A stretch of DNA of 64,000 nt from an uncultured Spirochaetales bacterium (GTDB taxonomy: Bacteria; Myxococcota_A; UBA9160; SMWR01): positions 9,124-73,123 of the forward strand of contig CAZUYC010000015.1 of the NCBI GenBank assembly GCA_964624475.1, given 5' to 3'. This document shows positions 1 through 8,713 of this stretch, piece after piece (the first letter of the stretch is position 1; each line of letters starts with the position of its first letter). Under the pieces are notes generated by a model. It worked only from the letters and a program-made list of their open reading frames with translations. It did not search any database and was not told where the DNA came from. The position numbers and the translations under genes were made by a program.

Positions 1-836
1 ACCGTCCAGCCGAAGCGACCCGTATAGGTCCTCGGATCCAGGCTCGGAGCGAGCGCACGCCACTCGATGAGGGTATGGAAGGGCGTGTCGCGGTCGAGGG
101 GCTGCAACGGAACCCCGTAGATCGCGAAGCCCCAGGGGTTGAGCCCCGCAGCCAGCGCGGCGCAGAGCAGGCCGGCCCATGCGGCACGGGGAAATGGAAG
201 TCCACGCAGAAATGCCTCCACGCTCCGGAGTCCCACGTGGAGACCCAGGAGCCCGAGACCGAACACGAAGCCTCCGTGCAGATTCACCCAGAGCGCGACG
301 AGCGGCGGCCACAGCCAGGGCGCACGCCGCCACCCGAGAGTGGCGAGCAGCAGCGCCGTGAAGAGAAGCGTCACGACGTGGGGCCGGACGTCCAGGAACC
401 AATGGCTCGCGGCGGCGGCGAGCCAGGTCGCCGCCCCCGCCGCGAGCCACGATCGGCTGCTCTGCCACGCGTTCCAGGCGACGAGCGCAAAGAGCGCCAC
501 CAGCAGGGCGAGGTTCAGCCAGGCCGCCAGATCGGGGTGCGTGGCGTAGGCGGCCCAGAAGAGCCCCCCCCAGAGCCACGCATGATTGGTCCAGGGTTGG
601 CCTCGTGCGGTGTGCGAGAACGGATCGGAGAGCGGGATCTCGTGCTGCTCCCAGAGGGTGCGGCCCGACGCCAGGTGCCACCAGAGGTCCCCTCCCTCGA
701 CGCTCGGGTGGAACCACGAGGCGGCTCCGACCAGGATCGCGAGCGCTCCGACCCCCGTCGCCGCGACGTCGAGCCAGCGCGGGGTCTCGCGGTGGCGGTC
801 GCGGGGCGGGCTCGTGGGCGAGATCCCGATCGTCAG
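1..836 (-). CDS. Polytopic integral membrane protein, C-terminus beyond window edge; function unknown (only weak GT-C/ArnT-like first-loop resemblance)
   Basis: Not in the ORF track because there is no in-window stop. Manual minus-strand translation gives ..RETPRWLDVAATGVGALAILVGAASWFHPSVEGGDLWWHLASGRTLWEQHEIPLSDPFSHTARGQPWTNHAWLWGGLFWAAYATHPDLAAWLNLALLVALFALVAW.. with several hydrophobic helices. No ATG/GTG/TTG occurs in frame for more than 200 nt upstream. A CTG at 836-834 overlaps the TGA of the upstream gene (CTGA). Confidence 0.6.
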   Translation of the reverse strand, partial: MTIGISPTSPPRDRHRETPRWLDVAATGVGALAILVGAASWFHPSVEGGDLWWHLASGRTLWEQHEIPLSDPFSHTARGQPWTNHAWLWGGLFWAAYATHPDLAAWLNLALLVALFALVAWNAWQSSRSWLAAGAATWLAAAASHWFLDVRPHVVTLLFTALLLATLGWRRAPWLWPPLVALWVNLHGGFVFGLGLLGLHVGLRSVEAFLRGLPFPRAAWAGLLCAALAAGLNPWGFAIYGVPLQPLDRDTPFHTLIEWRALAPSLDPRTYTGRFGWT

Positions 837-2854
837 GGGGAATCGCGTCCGCCTCGCGGGGCGCCCGGCGATCCGGAGGCGACGGGGGCTGCGGGCGGAA
901 GGTGCTGCGCGAAGAAGGCGGCCAGCTTCTCGTGGAAGTCGATCTCGTTCCTCTCGTCGTGGAAGCCGTGCACCTCGCCGGGGTAGAGGTGGGTCTCGAC
1001 CGGCTTGTCCCGGTCCTCGAGGGCCTCCGCCATCATCTCGGCCTGCTTGACGTGCACCCTCCAGTCCTCGGTCCCGTGGGCGATCAGCACGGGAGCCCGG
1101 ATCCGATCCGCGTTCCTCGCGGGTGACGTCTCCTGCAGCCGCTTCCGATCGCTCCAGGTGCCGCCGACGGTCGGTTTGTTCCAGTCGTCCCAGCCATACC
1201 ACTTGTCGTCGTTCAGCATCGTGATCAGGTCGGTCACCCCGGCAAGGCTCGCGCCCGCCGCGAAGAGCTCGGGGGTCTTGACCAGCGCCATGAGCGCCGC
1301 GTAGCCGCCGTAGCTCGCGCCGTAGATGCCGATCCGATCGGGATCGGCGATGCCCTGCTCGATCAGCCAGCGGGCTCCGTCCGTTACGTCGTCCTGCATC
1401 GCCAGGCCCCACTGCTGGTAGCCGAGCTCGGTATGTCGGCGGCCGTACCCGGTCGAGCCGCGGAAGTTCGGCTGGAAGACCGCGAAGCCGCGGCTCGCCA
1501 GGAACTGCACCGTCGGATCGTAGCCCCAGACGTCGCGACTCGACGGACCGCCGTGGACGTAGAGGATCGTCGGCAGACGGGTTGGCGGCCCGGCCTTCGG
1601 AAGCGTCAGGTAGCCCGGGATCTCGAGGCCGTCGTGGGCCCGGAAGGAGACGGACTTCATCGGCGCCAGCATCCGCGAGTCCAGCACGGGATACGCCTCG
1701 ACCAGCAGCTCGAAGCGCTGGCTGCCGCGCTCGTAGAAGTAGTATCTGGGGGGTTCCGTGTCTCCCGACACCATCGCGATCGCGATCCTCTCGTCGCGGT
1801 CGCGGCTGATGATCCGGTTGGTGGTCCCCGGAAATTCGCGGTCGAGAAGCGCCTGCTCGCGCCGCGCCTCCTCGTCCAGGAAGTGGAGCCGGGGGCGATC
1901 GGTGACGTACTCGATGGCCAGCAGCCGGCCGTCCCTGGTCGAGAAATGCAGTGAGTCCACGTCGACTTCCGCATGGCCGAAGACCATCGGCCCGCGCTGC
2001 TTCGACGCGAGATCGTAGCTGTAGACCGCGTCGCGCCCGGTCTCGTCGTCCGAGATCACGTAGATCTTCGCGGTCTCTTCGCTGAAGCCGGCGAAGAAGA
2101 AGCCCGGATCTTCGAAAGGGTCGAAGTCGATCACCTTCTCGAAACCGTCTTCCGGACTGGCGCGGGCGTACAGGAAGTAGCCGGTACGGGAGGGCGGAGA
2201 CCCCCAGCCCGCGCGCACCTGCCCGCGATGATCGGTGTACCACCTCTCGACGAAGGGAATCGAGGAGGTGACGGTCGTGAGATGGCCGTTCTTCACGTTC
2301 ACGCGACGAACGCTCGCCCCGTTCTGGTTGGGCTGCCACCAGTTGATCAGCACGTGCTCCGGGTCGTTCGGCAGCCAGTCGATGATCTGGTCCTGGGACC
2401 CCGAGTACTCCTGGTAGGGCCAGTCGCGGCCGAGGTAGATCGGTGTCGATCCGTCCAGCTTGACGACGAGCAGGCGGGTCTGCCGCGCGCGCATCCCCAC
2501 GGCCGTCGGGCTCGGCATCTCGACGCTCACGAGGATGCGCTCGTCGCTGGCCCAGCCGACGGTGCGGATGCTCTGCCCGGCCTCGTCGAGCTTCGCGAGA
2601 AATCGCACCTCGCCGCCGCGCGTCGGGCGGACGACCAGCACCTGGACGCCGTCCTGTGTCGTGATCGCCGCGATGTGGCTTCCATCGGGGGAGAGGCACA
2701 GATGGGAGAGCACGGGAGCGCGGAAGAAGGCGGCGGCGGGAAGGCTGCCCTCTGCGTCGGGGGATGCCGGGGGCCGGGTGCGGCGCGCCGTGGTCGTCGC
2801 CTGACACGACGCAAGGAAGGGGAGCATCGCGAGCAGCAGGAAGGGAGCCCGCAC
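833..2854 (-). CDS. S9-family serine peptidase (prolyl oligopeptidase / dipeptidyl-peptidase type), lipoprotein
   Basis: 673-aa ORF. Signal plus lipobox MRAPFLLLAMLPFLASC. The C-terminal alpha/beta-hydrolase domain carries the GASYGGY nucleophile elbow, and ..IAHGTEDWRV.. and ..GEVHGFH.. fit the Asp/His of the triad. Confidence 0.9.
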   Translation of the reverse strand: MRAPFLLLAMLPFLASCQATTTARRTRPPASPDAEGSLPAAAFFRAPVLSHLCLSPDGSHIAAITTQDGVQVLVVRPTRGGEVRFLAKLDEAGQSIRTVGWASDERILVSVEMPSPTAVGMRARQTRLLVVKLDGSTPIYLGRDWPYQEYSGSQDQIIDWLPNDPEHVLINWWQPNQNGASVRRVNVKNGHLTTVTSSIPFVERWYTDHRGQVRAGWGSPPSRTGYFLYARASPEDGFEKVIDFDPFEDPGFFFAGFSEETAKIYVISDDETGRDAVYSYDLASKQRGPMVFGHAEVDVDSLHFSTRDGRLLAIEYVTDRPRLHFLDEEARREQALLDREFPGTTNRIISRDRDERIAIAMVSGDTEPPRYYFYERGSQRFELLVEAYPVLDSRMLAPMKSVSFRAHDGLEIPGYLTLPKAGPPTRLPTILYVHGGPSSRDVWGYDPTVQFLASRGFAVFQPNFRGSTGYGRRHTELGYQQWGLAMQDDVTDGARWLIEQGIADPDRIGIYGASYGGYAALMALVKTPELFAAGASLAGVTDLITMLNDDKWYGWDDWNKPTVGGTWSDRKRLQETSPARNADRIRAPVLIAHGTEDWRVHVKQAEMMAEALEDRDKPVETHLYPGEVHGFHDERNEIDFHEKLAAFFAQHLPPAAPVASGSPGAPRGGRDSP

Positions 2855-2907
2855 GACCGCCTCCTGGCATCGACGCGAGGTTGCGGCCCGATTCTACCCC
2901 TGGCCGG

Positions 2908-4104
2908 CTACTCGGCCAGCCGGCCGTAGTGGCGCAGGATCTCGCGCAGGCGCTCGTGGGGCAGCGCCGGCACCTTCACGCCGTCGGCTCCCGTCATCGT
3001 CCGCGCGGCGACCAGGGCGTTGATCACCGCCTCCTCGGTCGCCTGCACGGTGGCGTCGAAGAGCGGATCGAAGTGGGCGTCCGGCACGATCGCCCACTCC
3101 GTCACGGCGGATTCGGTGGCGCGAGCCCGGTTGCGCGTCGAGAAGGCGAGGATGATGTCGCCCGACCCGTTGTGGGCGATCGAGCCCGTGCGAGCGAGGC
3201 CGAGCGAGGCGCGGCGAGCGATGCGCTTCAGGTGGGTCGGCGCCAGCGGTGCATCCGTCGCGACGATGATGATGATCGAGCCGTCGCCCTGGCGGGCACC
3301 TCGGGCCGGCGGCGCCGGGCGCCGGTCGGCCCGGCGGCTTCGCTCCTCGGCGAGATGGCGCCCCACCGGCACTCCGGCCACCGTGAGCTGCTCGAGCGTC
3401 CCGTGGTTGGCCTGCACGAGCACGCCGACGCGCCAACCTCCTGCTGCCTCGGCCACCACCCTCGACGCCGTTCCGATGCCGCCCTTGAGGCCGTAGGAGG
3501 TCATTCCCGTGCCGCCGCCCACGTTCCCCTCGGCGACGAGCCCGGCGGAGGCGGCGTCGAGCGCCGCGAAGACGTGCTCGGGCTTCACGTGGAAGCCGTA
3601 GATGTCGTTGAGCGGCGCGCCGTCCCAGGTCTCGGCGACCGTCGGCTGGGTGCGGGCGTAGAGGTCCACCGGATCGGAGACGTGCTCCATCGACCACGCC
3701 ACCACCGCCTGCATCACGGTGCCGACGGAGAGCGTATTGGTGATCGAGACCGGTCCATAGAGCAGGCCGTGCTCGTCGATCAGGATGGCGCCCGTCATCT
3801 CGCCGGTGCCGTTGAGCGCGTAGTAGCCGGCCGTGACGGCCTCGCTGGACGTCTTTCCGAGCGGGAAGATCACGGTCACCCCCGTGCGAACGGGCCCACG
3901 GCCGACCTTCAGGGGACCGTCGCCGCGAATGATCGTGCTGTGCGCGACCTCCACCCCGGTTACGTCCGTGATCGCGTTCTGGGGGCCCGGAGCGCCGTCG
4001 AAGGGCACCCCGAGGTCGCGGGCTCGGGGGGCTGCGAAGACCGCCAGGGGAGCGAGCGATGACGATGCGGCGAGCGACAGGATGAGGCCGAGGGCGCGAT
4101 GCAT
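2908..4104 (-). CDS. DmpA/S58 (P1) family L-aminopeptidase/D-esterase-like, secreted
   Basis: Frame of ORF 2908..4164, with the start moved to ATG 4104 (MHRALGLILSLAASSSLAPLAVFA signal; AGGAG 6 nt upstream). The ..GNVGGGTGMTSYGLKGGIGTASR.. block is typical of the DmpA family. Confidence 0.85.
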   Translation of the reverse strand: MHRALGLILSLAASSSLAPLAVFAAPRARDLGVPFDGAPGPQNAITDVTGVEVAHSTIIRGDGPLKVGRGPVRTGVTVIFPLGKTSSEAVTAGYYALNGTGEMTGAILIDEHGLLYGPVSITNTLSVGTVMQAVVAWSMEHVSDPVDLYARTQPTVAETWDGAPLNDIYGFHVKPEHVFAALDAASAGLVAEGNVGGGTGMTSYGLKGGIGTASRVVAEAAGGWRVGVLVQANHGTLEQLTVAGVPVGRHLAEERSRRADRRPAPPARGARQGDGSIIIIVATDAPLAPTHLKRIARRASLGLARTGSIAHNGSGDIILAFSTRNRARATESAVTEWAIVPDAHFDPLFDATVQATEEAVINALVAARTMTGADGVKVPALPHERLREILRHYGRLAE

Positions 4105-4162
4105 GGGGTCTCCTCTGCGGAAGGATCGAGTCCGATTGTCCGGATTCCCGTGGACCCTTACC

Positions 4163-6730
4163 ATGTCGAGGGCCGGGGAGCTGCATACGGCAGATCGAGC
4201 TCAGCACTGGGCAATGCTTTCTCTCGCGCTCCTGGCCGCCGGGCCGGGCCCCGTCGCAGCGGCGGGTCGCGAGCCGGTCCTCCCGCAGATCCGCGTTCCC
4301 CACAGCTACTACTACCGCGAGATGTACCTGCCGCAGGTGACGAGTGGACCGAGCGCCGTCGCCTGGTCTCCGGACGGCACGGCGCTCGTCTACTCGATGC
4401 AGGGGCGGCTCTGGCGGCAGCGCCTGGGCACGGACGAGGCGGAGGAACTCACGGCCGGCGCGAGCTACGACCATCAACCCGACTGGTCGCCGGACGGGCG
4501 CTCCATCGCCTACGTCGCGTACCAGGACGACGCCATGGAGCTGCGGCTCCTCGACCTGGCTTCGCTCGCCTCGCGCCCGCTGACGCGAAACGGCGCCGTG
4601 AACGTGGAGCCGCGCTTCTCCCCCGACGGACGCCGCCTGGCGTTCGTCTCCACGCTCTTCGAGCAGCGCTGGCACGTCTTCGTGATGGACCTGAAGGAAG
4701 GCGAGCCCGGCGCCCCGCGGCGCCTCACCGAGGATCACGAGAGCGATCTACCGCGCTACTACTACAGCCGCTTCGACCATTATCTCTCGCCCAGCTGGTC
4801 TCCCGATGGGACCGAGATCCTCTTCGTCTCGAACCGCGGGCGCAGCTGGGGAACGGGTGGATTCTGGAGGATGCGCGCAGAGGCCGGGAGCGAGCCGCGC
4901 GAGATCCGCTACGAGGAGACCACCTGGAAGGCGCGACCCGACTGGTCGCCCGACGGACGGCGCGTCGTCTACTCGTCCTACCTCGGCCGCCAGTGGAACC
5001 AGCTCTGGATCATGACCGACGAGGGAGGGGATCCGTTTCCGCTGACCTACGGCGAGCACGACGCGACGGCGCCCCGCTGGTCGCCGGACGGGAAGCGCGT
5101 CGCCTACGTCTCGAACCAGAAGGGCAACACCTCGCTCTGGGTCCAGGAGATCCCCGGCGGCCGCCGCCAGGAGATCCAGGCCCTGCGGCGGAAGTACCGG
5201 ACGCCGACCGGACGCCTGCGCTTGCGCATCCGCGACGGACCGGCCGGCGCGCCCGCCGCCGCGCGCGTCTCGGTCACCGACCCGGAAGGTCGAGGCTACG
5301 CGCCCGACGACGCGCTCTGGCGCGCCGACGACGGCTTCGACCGCTCCCTGCGCCGCTTCGAGTACCCGTACTTCCACGCGCGCGGCCGCGCCGAGCTCAC
5401 CCTGCCGGCGGGCCCTGCCGAGATCGAGGTCCTTCGCGGCATCGAGTACCGGCCCTTCCGCCGCAGGGTGAAGATCGAGAAGGGCGCCACGGTCGATGTC
5501 GAAGTTCCCCTCGCGCGCATCGCCGATCTCGCGGCGGAGGGCTGGTGGAGCGGCGACCTGCACGTGCACATGAACTACGGGGGCGCGTATCGGAACGATC
5601 CCGAGGGGCTCGCCTTCCAGGCGGACGCCGAGGATCTCCGCCTCGTGGAGAACCTGATCGTCAACAAGGAGCAGCGCATCCCCGACATCGGCCATTTCGA
5701 TGGAAGCCCGGACCGCTTCCCGGACCGGAACGTCGTCATCGACCACGCCCAGGAGTTCCACACCAGCTTCTGGGGGCACCTGGGGCTCCTCGGGCTCCGG
5801 GACCACGTCCTGCTGCCCGGCTACGCCGCGTACGCCAACACCGCCGCCGCGAGCCTCTACCCGCCGAACGCCGTGATCCTGGACCTCGCCCGCGCGCAGG
5901 GAGGCGTCACCGGCTACGTGCATCCCTTCGACTCCGCGCCCGATCCCTTCGATGCCGAGACCCCCCTCACCAACGAGCTTCCCGTGGACGTGGCGCTGGG
6001 ACTCGTCGACTACTACGAGGCGGTCGGCTTCGCCGACCCGCTCGCCACCCAGGGGGTCTGGTATCGGCTGCTCGACTGCGGCTTCCGCCTGCCGGCGGGC
6101 GCCGGCACCGACGCCATGGCCAACTTCGCGTCGCTGCGCGGCCCGGTGGGTCTGAACCGCGTCTACGTGAAGACGGAGGCACCGCTCGATCACCGCCGCT
6201 TCCTGGAGGCGCTGGTGGCCGGCAGGACCTTCGCCACCAACGGGCCGCTCCTCACCTTCACGCTCGGGGGCAAGGCGATCGGCGAGGAGATCGATCTCCC
6301 CGCGGGCTCGCATCGGCTCGAGCTGCGCGCCTCGCTCCGATCGATCGTTCCCGTCGATCATTTCGAGCTCGTCCGCAATGGCGAGGTGATCGCCCCGCTG
6401 CCGCTCGATGCAGCCGGGACCGCGGGCCGCGCGAGCCAGGAGATCCCGGTCGAGCGCTCGGGCTGGTACCTGGTGCGCGGCTGGAACTCGAAGGCGACGC
6501 ACCCCGTCCTCGACGTCCTCCCCTTCGCCACCACGAGTCCGATCTACGTCACGGTGGCCGGGGAGCCCGTGCGTTCCCCCGACGATGCCAGCTACTTCAT
6601 CGCCTGGATCGACCGCCTGATCCAGGCGGCGAACGCGCACGCCGGCTACAACACCGCGGAGGAGAAGGCCGCGGTCCTGAAGCTGCTGGCCGACGCCCGC
6701 GCCGTCTTCGTCGAGCGGGCCGCGCGCTAG
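4163..6730 (+). CDS. TolB-like beta-propeller fused to PHP/CehA-McbA-type metallohydrolase domain, secreted
   Basis: Frame of ORF 3833..6730, start at ATG 4163 (alternative ATG 4214). The N-terminal half has repeated blades: WSPDGTALVYS, WSPDGRSIAYV, FSPDGRRLAFV, WSPDGTEILFV, WSPDGRRVVYS, WSPDGKRVAYV. The C-terminal half has WWSGDLHVHMNYGG and GYVHPFD motifs. Confidence 0.8.
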   Translation: MSRAGELHTADRAQHWAMLSLALLAAGPGPVAAAGREPVLPQIRVPHSYYYREMYLPQVTSGPSAVAWSPDGTALVYSMQGRLWRQRLGTDEAEELTAGASYDHQPDWSPDGRSIAYVAYQDDAMELRLLDLASLASRPLTRNGAVNVEPRFSPDGRRLAFVSTLFEQRWHVFVMDLKEGEPGAPRRLTEDHESDLPRYYYSRFDHYLSPSWSPDGTEILFVSNRGRSWGTGGFWRMRAEAGSEPREIRYEETTWKARPDWSPDGRRVVYSSYLGRQWNQLWIMTDEGGDPFPLTYGEHDATAPRWSPDGKRVAYVSNQKGNTSLWVQEIPGGRRQEIQALRRKYRTPTGRLRLRIRDGPAGAPAAARVSVTDPEGRGYAPDDALWRADDGFDRSLRRFEYPYFHARGRAELTLPAGPAEIEVLRGIEYRPFRRRVKIEKGATVDVEVPLARIADLAAEGWWSGDLHVHMNYGGAYRNDPEGLAFQADAEDLRLVENLIVNKEQRIPDIGHFDGSPDRFPDRNVVIDHAQEFHTSFWGHLGLLGLRDHVLLPGYAAYANTAAASLYPPNAVILDLARAQGGVTGYVHPFDSAPDPFDAETPLTNELPVDVALGLVDYYEAVGFADPLATQGVWYRLLDCGFRLPAGAGTDAMANFASLRGPVGLNRVYVKTEAPLDHRRFLEALVAGRTFATNGPLLTFTLGGKAIGEEIDLPAGSHRLELRASLRSIVPVDHFELVRNGEVIAPLPLDAAGTAGRASQEIPVERSGWYLVRGWNSKATHPVLDVLPFATTSPIYVTVAGEPVRSPDDASYFIAWIDRLIQAANAHAGYNTAEEKAAVLKLLADARAVFVERAAR

Positions 6731-6752
6731 ATCGCATCCGGACCGGGCGCCC

Positions 6753-7871
6753 TCAATGATGCCCGATCTCGTGTGTCGCAGGGGTCTCGTGCGTCGCCTC
6801 GTATTCCGCCCATAGCTCCGGTCGCACCTGGTCCAGATCGAAGGCCATCGCGGGGAAGTGAGCGAGCCTCATCCTTGCGCCCCTCCTCTGAGCAGCGCGA
6901 AGGAGGCCCATGCGACCTCGCGTATCGGGATCGCTGCCAGCGCCGGCGTCGAGCTGCAGGACGCCCGTCTCCGAGAGGCCCTTGCCGAAGGCGAACGCCA
7001 GGTAGGAGACCGATTGGGACACGAGACGGCGATCCTCCTCGTCGAGCCGGGCGATTGCCGCGTCGAGCTGCGCCGTGAAGAGCTCGAGGTCGTCGCCTTC
7101 TGGCGCGACGAAGAGCGCATTCATGCCCTCCATGTCCAGGATCTCGTTCAGGTGCATGGCGGAGGAGAAGGGCCCACCCGGTCGATCGATCAGCCAGACG
7201 TGCAGCATCTCTGCGCTGCGGTGGGAGGGGACGCCTTCTTCGCACCCACCCTCGAGCGCCCAGCCCACGTCGAGGAGGTCGTTCACGATGCACTGTGCGA
7301 TGCTCCACTTGTGAAAGTGCCAGATGGTTAACGGCCCCCCGATCTGCGGGCCACGCTCCGTGGGCGTACGGGCGAAGAACATGAAGCCCACGAACTTCTT
7401 CGTGCCGTCCGAGCTCGGGTGGTACATGAGATACTCGGGCCGATCGCAGTCGAGGATCCGGTCGTCGAGCATGTAGGCGTCGTTTCTGTAGTGATGGTCG
7501 TGGGGGTTCGGCTCTCCGTCGGGTCCGCGAGGGGGATGGAAGCCATCCGCGAGACCCTTCTCGGAGTCGTGCCAACCGTGAGCCACTACGGCCGCGCGAC
7601 AGCGTTCGACCAGATCGTCCGCCGCGCGCTGCTGCTCCGGCGTGGGTGTCGCTCCGGGCGGGTAGTTGCTGACCTCCCACAGGACCATGCTCGGGTACCG
7701 CTGCGGAGCCGCGGGGATCTCCGACTCGCGCCTCCACTCGGGGTCGAACGGGAAGAAGCGACGCGCGTATCGATCTCGAAGGTCCGGCTCCGCCTCCCGC
7801 GAACATCCCAGGCTTGCGGCGGCCAGGAGGAGCGCGGACGACAGGATCCTCCTGATCTTCGGTCCCTGCAT
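6753..7871 (-). CDS. Hypothetical lipoprotein, His-rich, no family recognised
   Basis: 372-aa ORF with protein-like composition. Signal and lipobox ILSSALLLAAASLGCS. His-containing blocks HDHHYRND, WHFHKW, HVWLID. Confidence 0.7.
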   Translation of the reverse strand: MQGPKIRRILSSALLLAAASLGCSREAEPDLRDRYARRFFPFDPEWRRESEIPAAPQRYPSMVLWEVSNYPPGATPTPEQQRAADDLVERCRAAVVAHGWHDSEKGLADGFHPPRGPDGEPNPHDHHYRNDAYMLDDRILDCDRPEYLMYHPSSDGTKKFVGFMFFARTPTERGPQIGGPLTIWHFHKWSIAQCIVNDLLDVGWALEGGCEEGVPSHRSAEMLHVWLIDRPGGPFSSAMHLNEILDMEGMNALFVAPEGDDLELFTAQLDAAIARLDEEDRRLVSQSVSYLAFAFGKGLSETGVLQLDAGAGSDPDTRGRMGLLRAAQRRGARMRLAHFPAMAFDLDQVRPELWAEYEATHETPATHEIGHH

Positions 7872-8032
7872 CGCGTGGGTACCTGTACCGGTCTTCTACC
7901 GGCAGTCTACCAGGAAGGAAGGCGGTCTGTCGGAAGACGCACGGTGATCGGAGGGGCCGGCGCTGCCCTAGCGCGCCTCTCCGGCGAACGCGACGGGGGC
8001 CGAGTGTCTCGGCGCGCGTGCGGGCGCCGGCA

Positions 8033-8431
8033 TCAGGGGTCGTAGAGCGCGACCAGAATCTGGGACACGTGAGCAAAGTCGCGGTCCAGGGTGACGAGCT
8101 CCACTCCATGCTCCATGGCGCTCGCGGCGATCCAGAGATCGTTCGTCGGTAGGGGGCGCCCCACTGCGCGAAGGAAGGCGTAGATCAGCGCATAGCGCTC
8201 GGCCGTCGCCTCGCCGACGGGCACGAGCCGGACCCGCGGGCTCTCGACGAATAGACGCAGCTCTTCGCGGTTTCGGCGCGACCGGGTACCCGCCTCGAAG
8301 CCGCCCAACAGCTCTCCCAGGACGATGCTCGGGAGGAGGATCTCCCCTGCGCGTCGCAGATGCCCGACGACGCCGTGATGGCCGCGCTTGAAGGCCGAGT
8401 AGGCGGAGGTGTCGAGCGCGACGCGACTCAC
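8033..8431 (-). CDS. vapC: PIN-domain ribonuclease toxin VapC
   Basis: Frame of ORF 8033..8506. GTG at 8431 overlaps the antitoxin stop (GTGA at 8428-8431). N-terminal ALDTSAY (first acidic residue), ..LGELLGG.., ..TNDLWIAA.., ..LVTLDRDF.. are the PIN acidic quartet layout. Confidence 0.85.
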   Translation of the reverse strand: MSRVALDTSAYSAFKRGHHGVVGHLRRAGEILLPSIVLGELLGGFEAGTRSRRNREELRLFVESPRVRLVPVGEATAERYALIYAFLRAVGRPLPTNDLWIAASAMEHGVELVTLDRDFAHVSQILVALYDP

Positions 8432-8706
8432 CGCCAGAGCTTGGCGTCGACCTGGCGCTGGGCTTCCACTGCCTTGTCGAAGCGAGCGGCCTCTGACTTC
8501 GACCACGTCGCGGCCAGCTCGTCCAGATCGTCGTACGCCTCGATGGCGGCGGAATCCGCGAGGCCCAGGCGCTCGGCGAGCAGGGCCAGGACGGTCTTGT
8601 TGAGGCTCTGCCGGCGACGCGCGGCCTCCCGCTCCAGCGCACTTCGCAGGCGCGAGTCGATCGAGCGGATGGTGAGCTGGTCGGGTGCAGGCATGAGCTG
8701 AATCAT
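8428..8706 (-). CDS. vapB: RHH-type antitoxin (VapB/FitA-like)
   Basis: Internal ATG 8706 of ORF 8428..8937. The sequence MIQLMPAPDQLTIRSIDSRLRSALEREAARRRQSLNKTVLALLAERLG is a ribbon-helix-helix pattern. It lies directly upstream of, and overlaps, vapC. Confidence 0.8.
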   Translation of the reverse strand: MIQLMPAPDQLTIRSIDSRLRSALEREAARRRQSLNKTVLALLAERLGLADSAAIEAYDDLDELAATWSKSEAARFDKAVEAQRQVDAKLWR

Positions 8707-8713
8707 AGTGCCT

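Noticed and set aside
7872-8032. Small inverted and direct repeats (ggtacctgtacc, ccggtcttctaccgg, tctacc repeats) upstream of the lipoprotein gene as an operator.
   Set aside because: The stems are short (5-6 bp) and occur only once. In such GC-rich DNA they are expected by chance, and no partner regulator gene is nearby.
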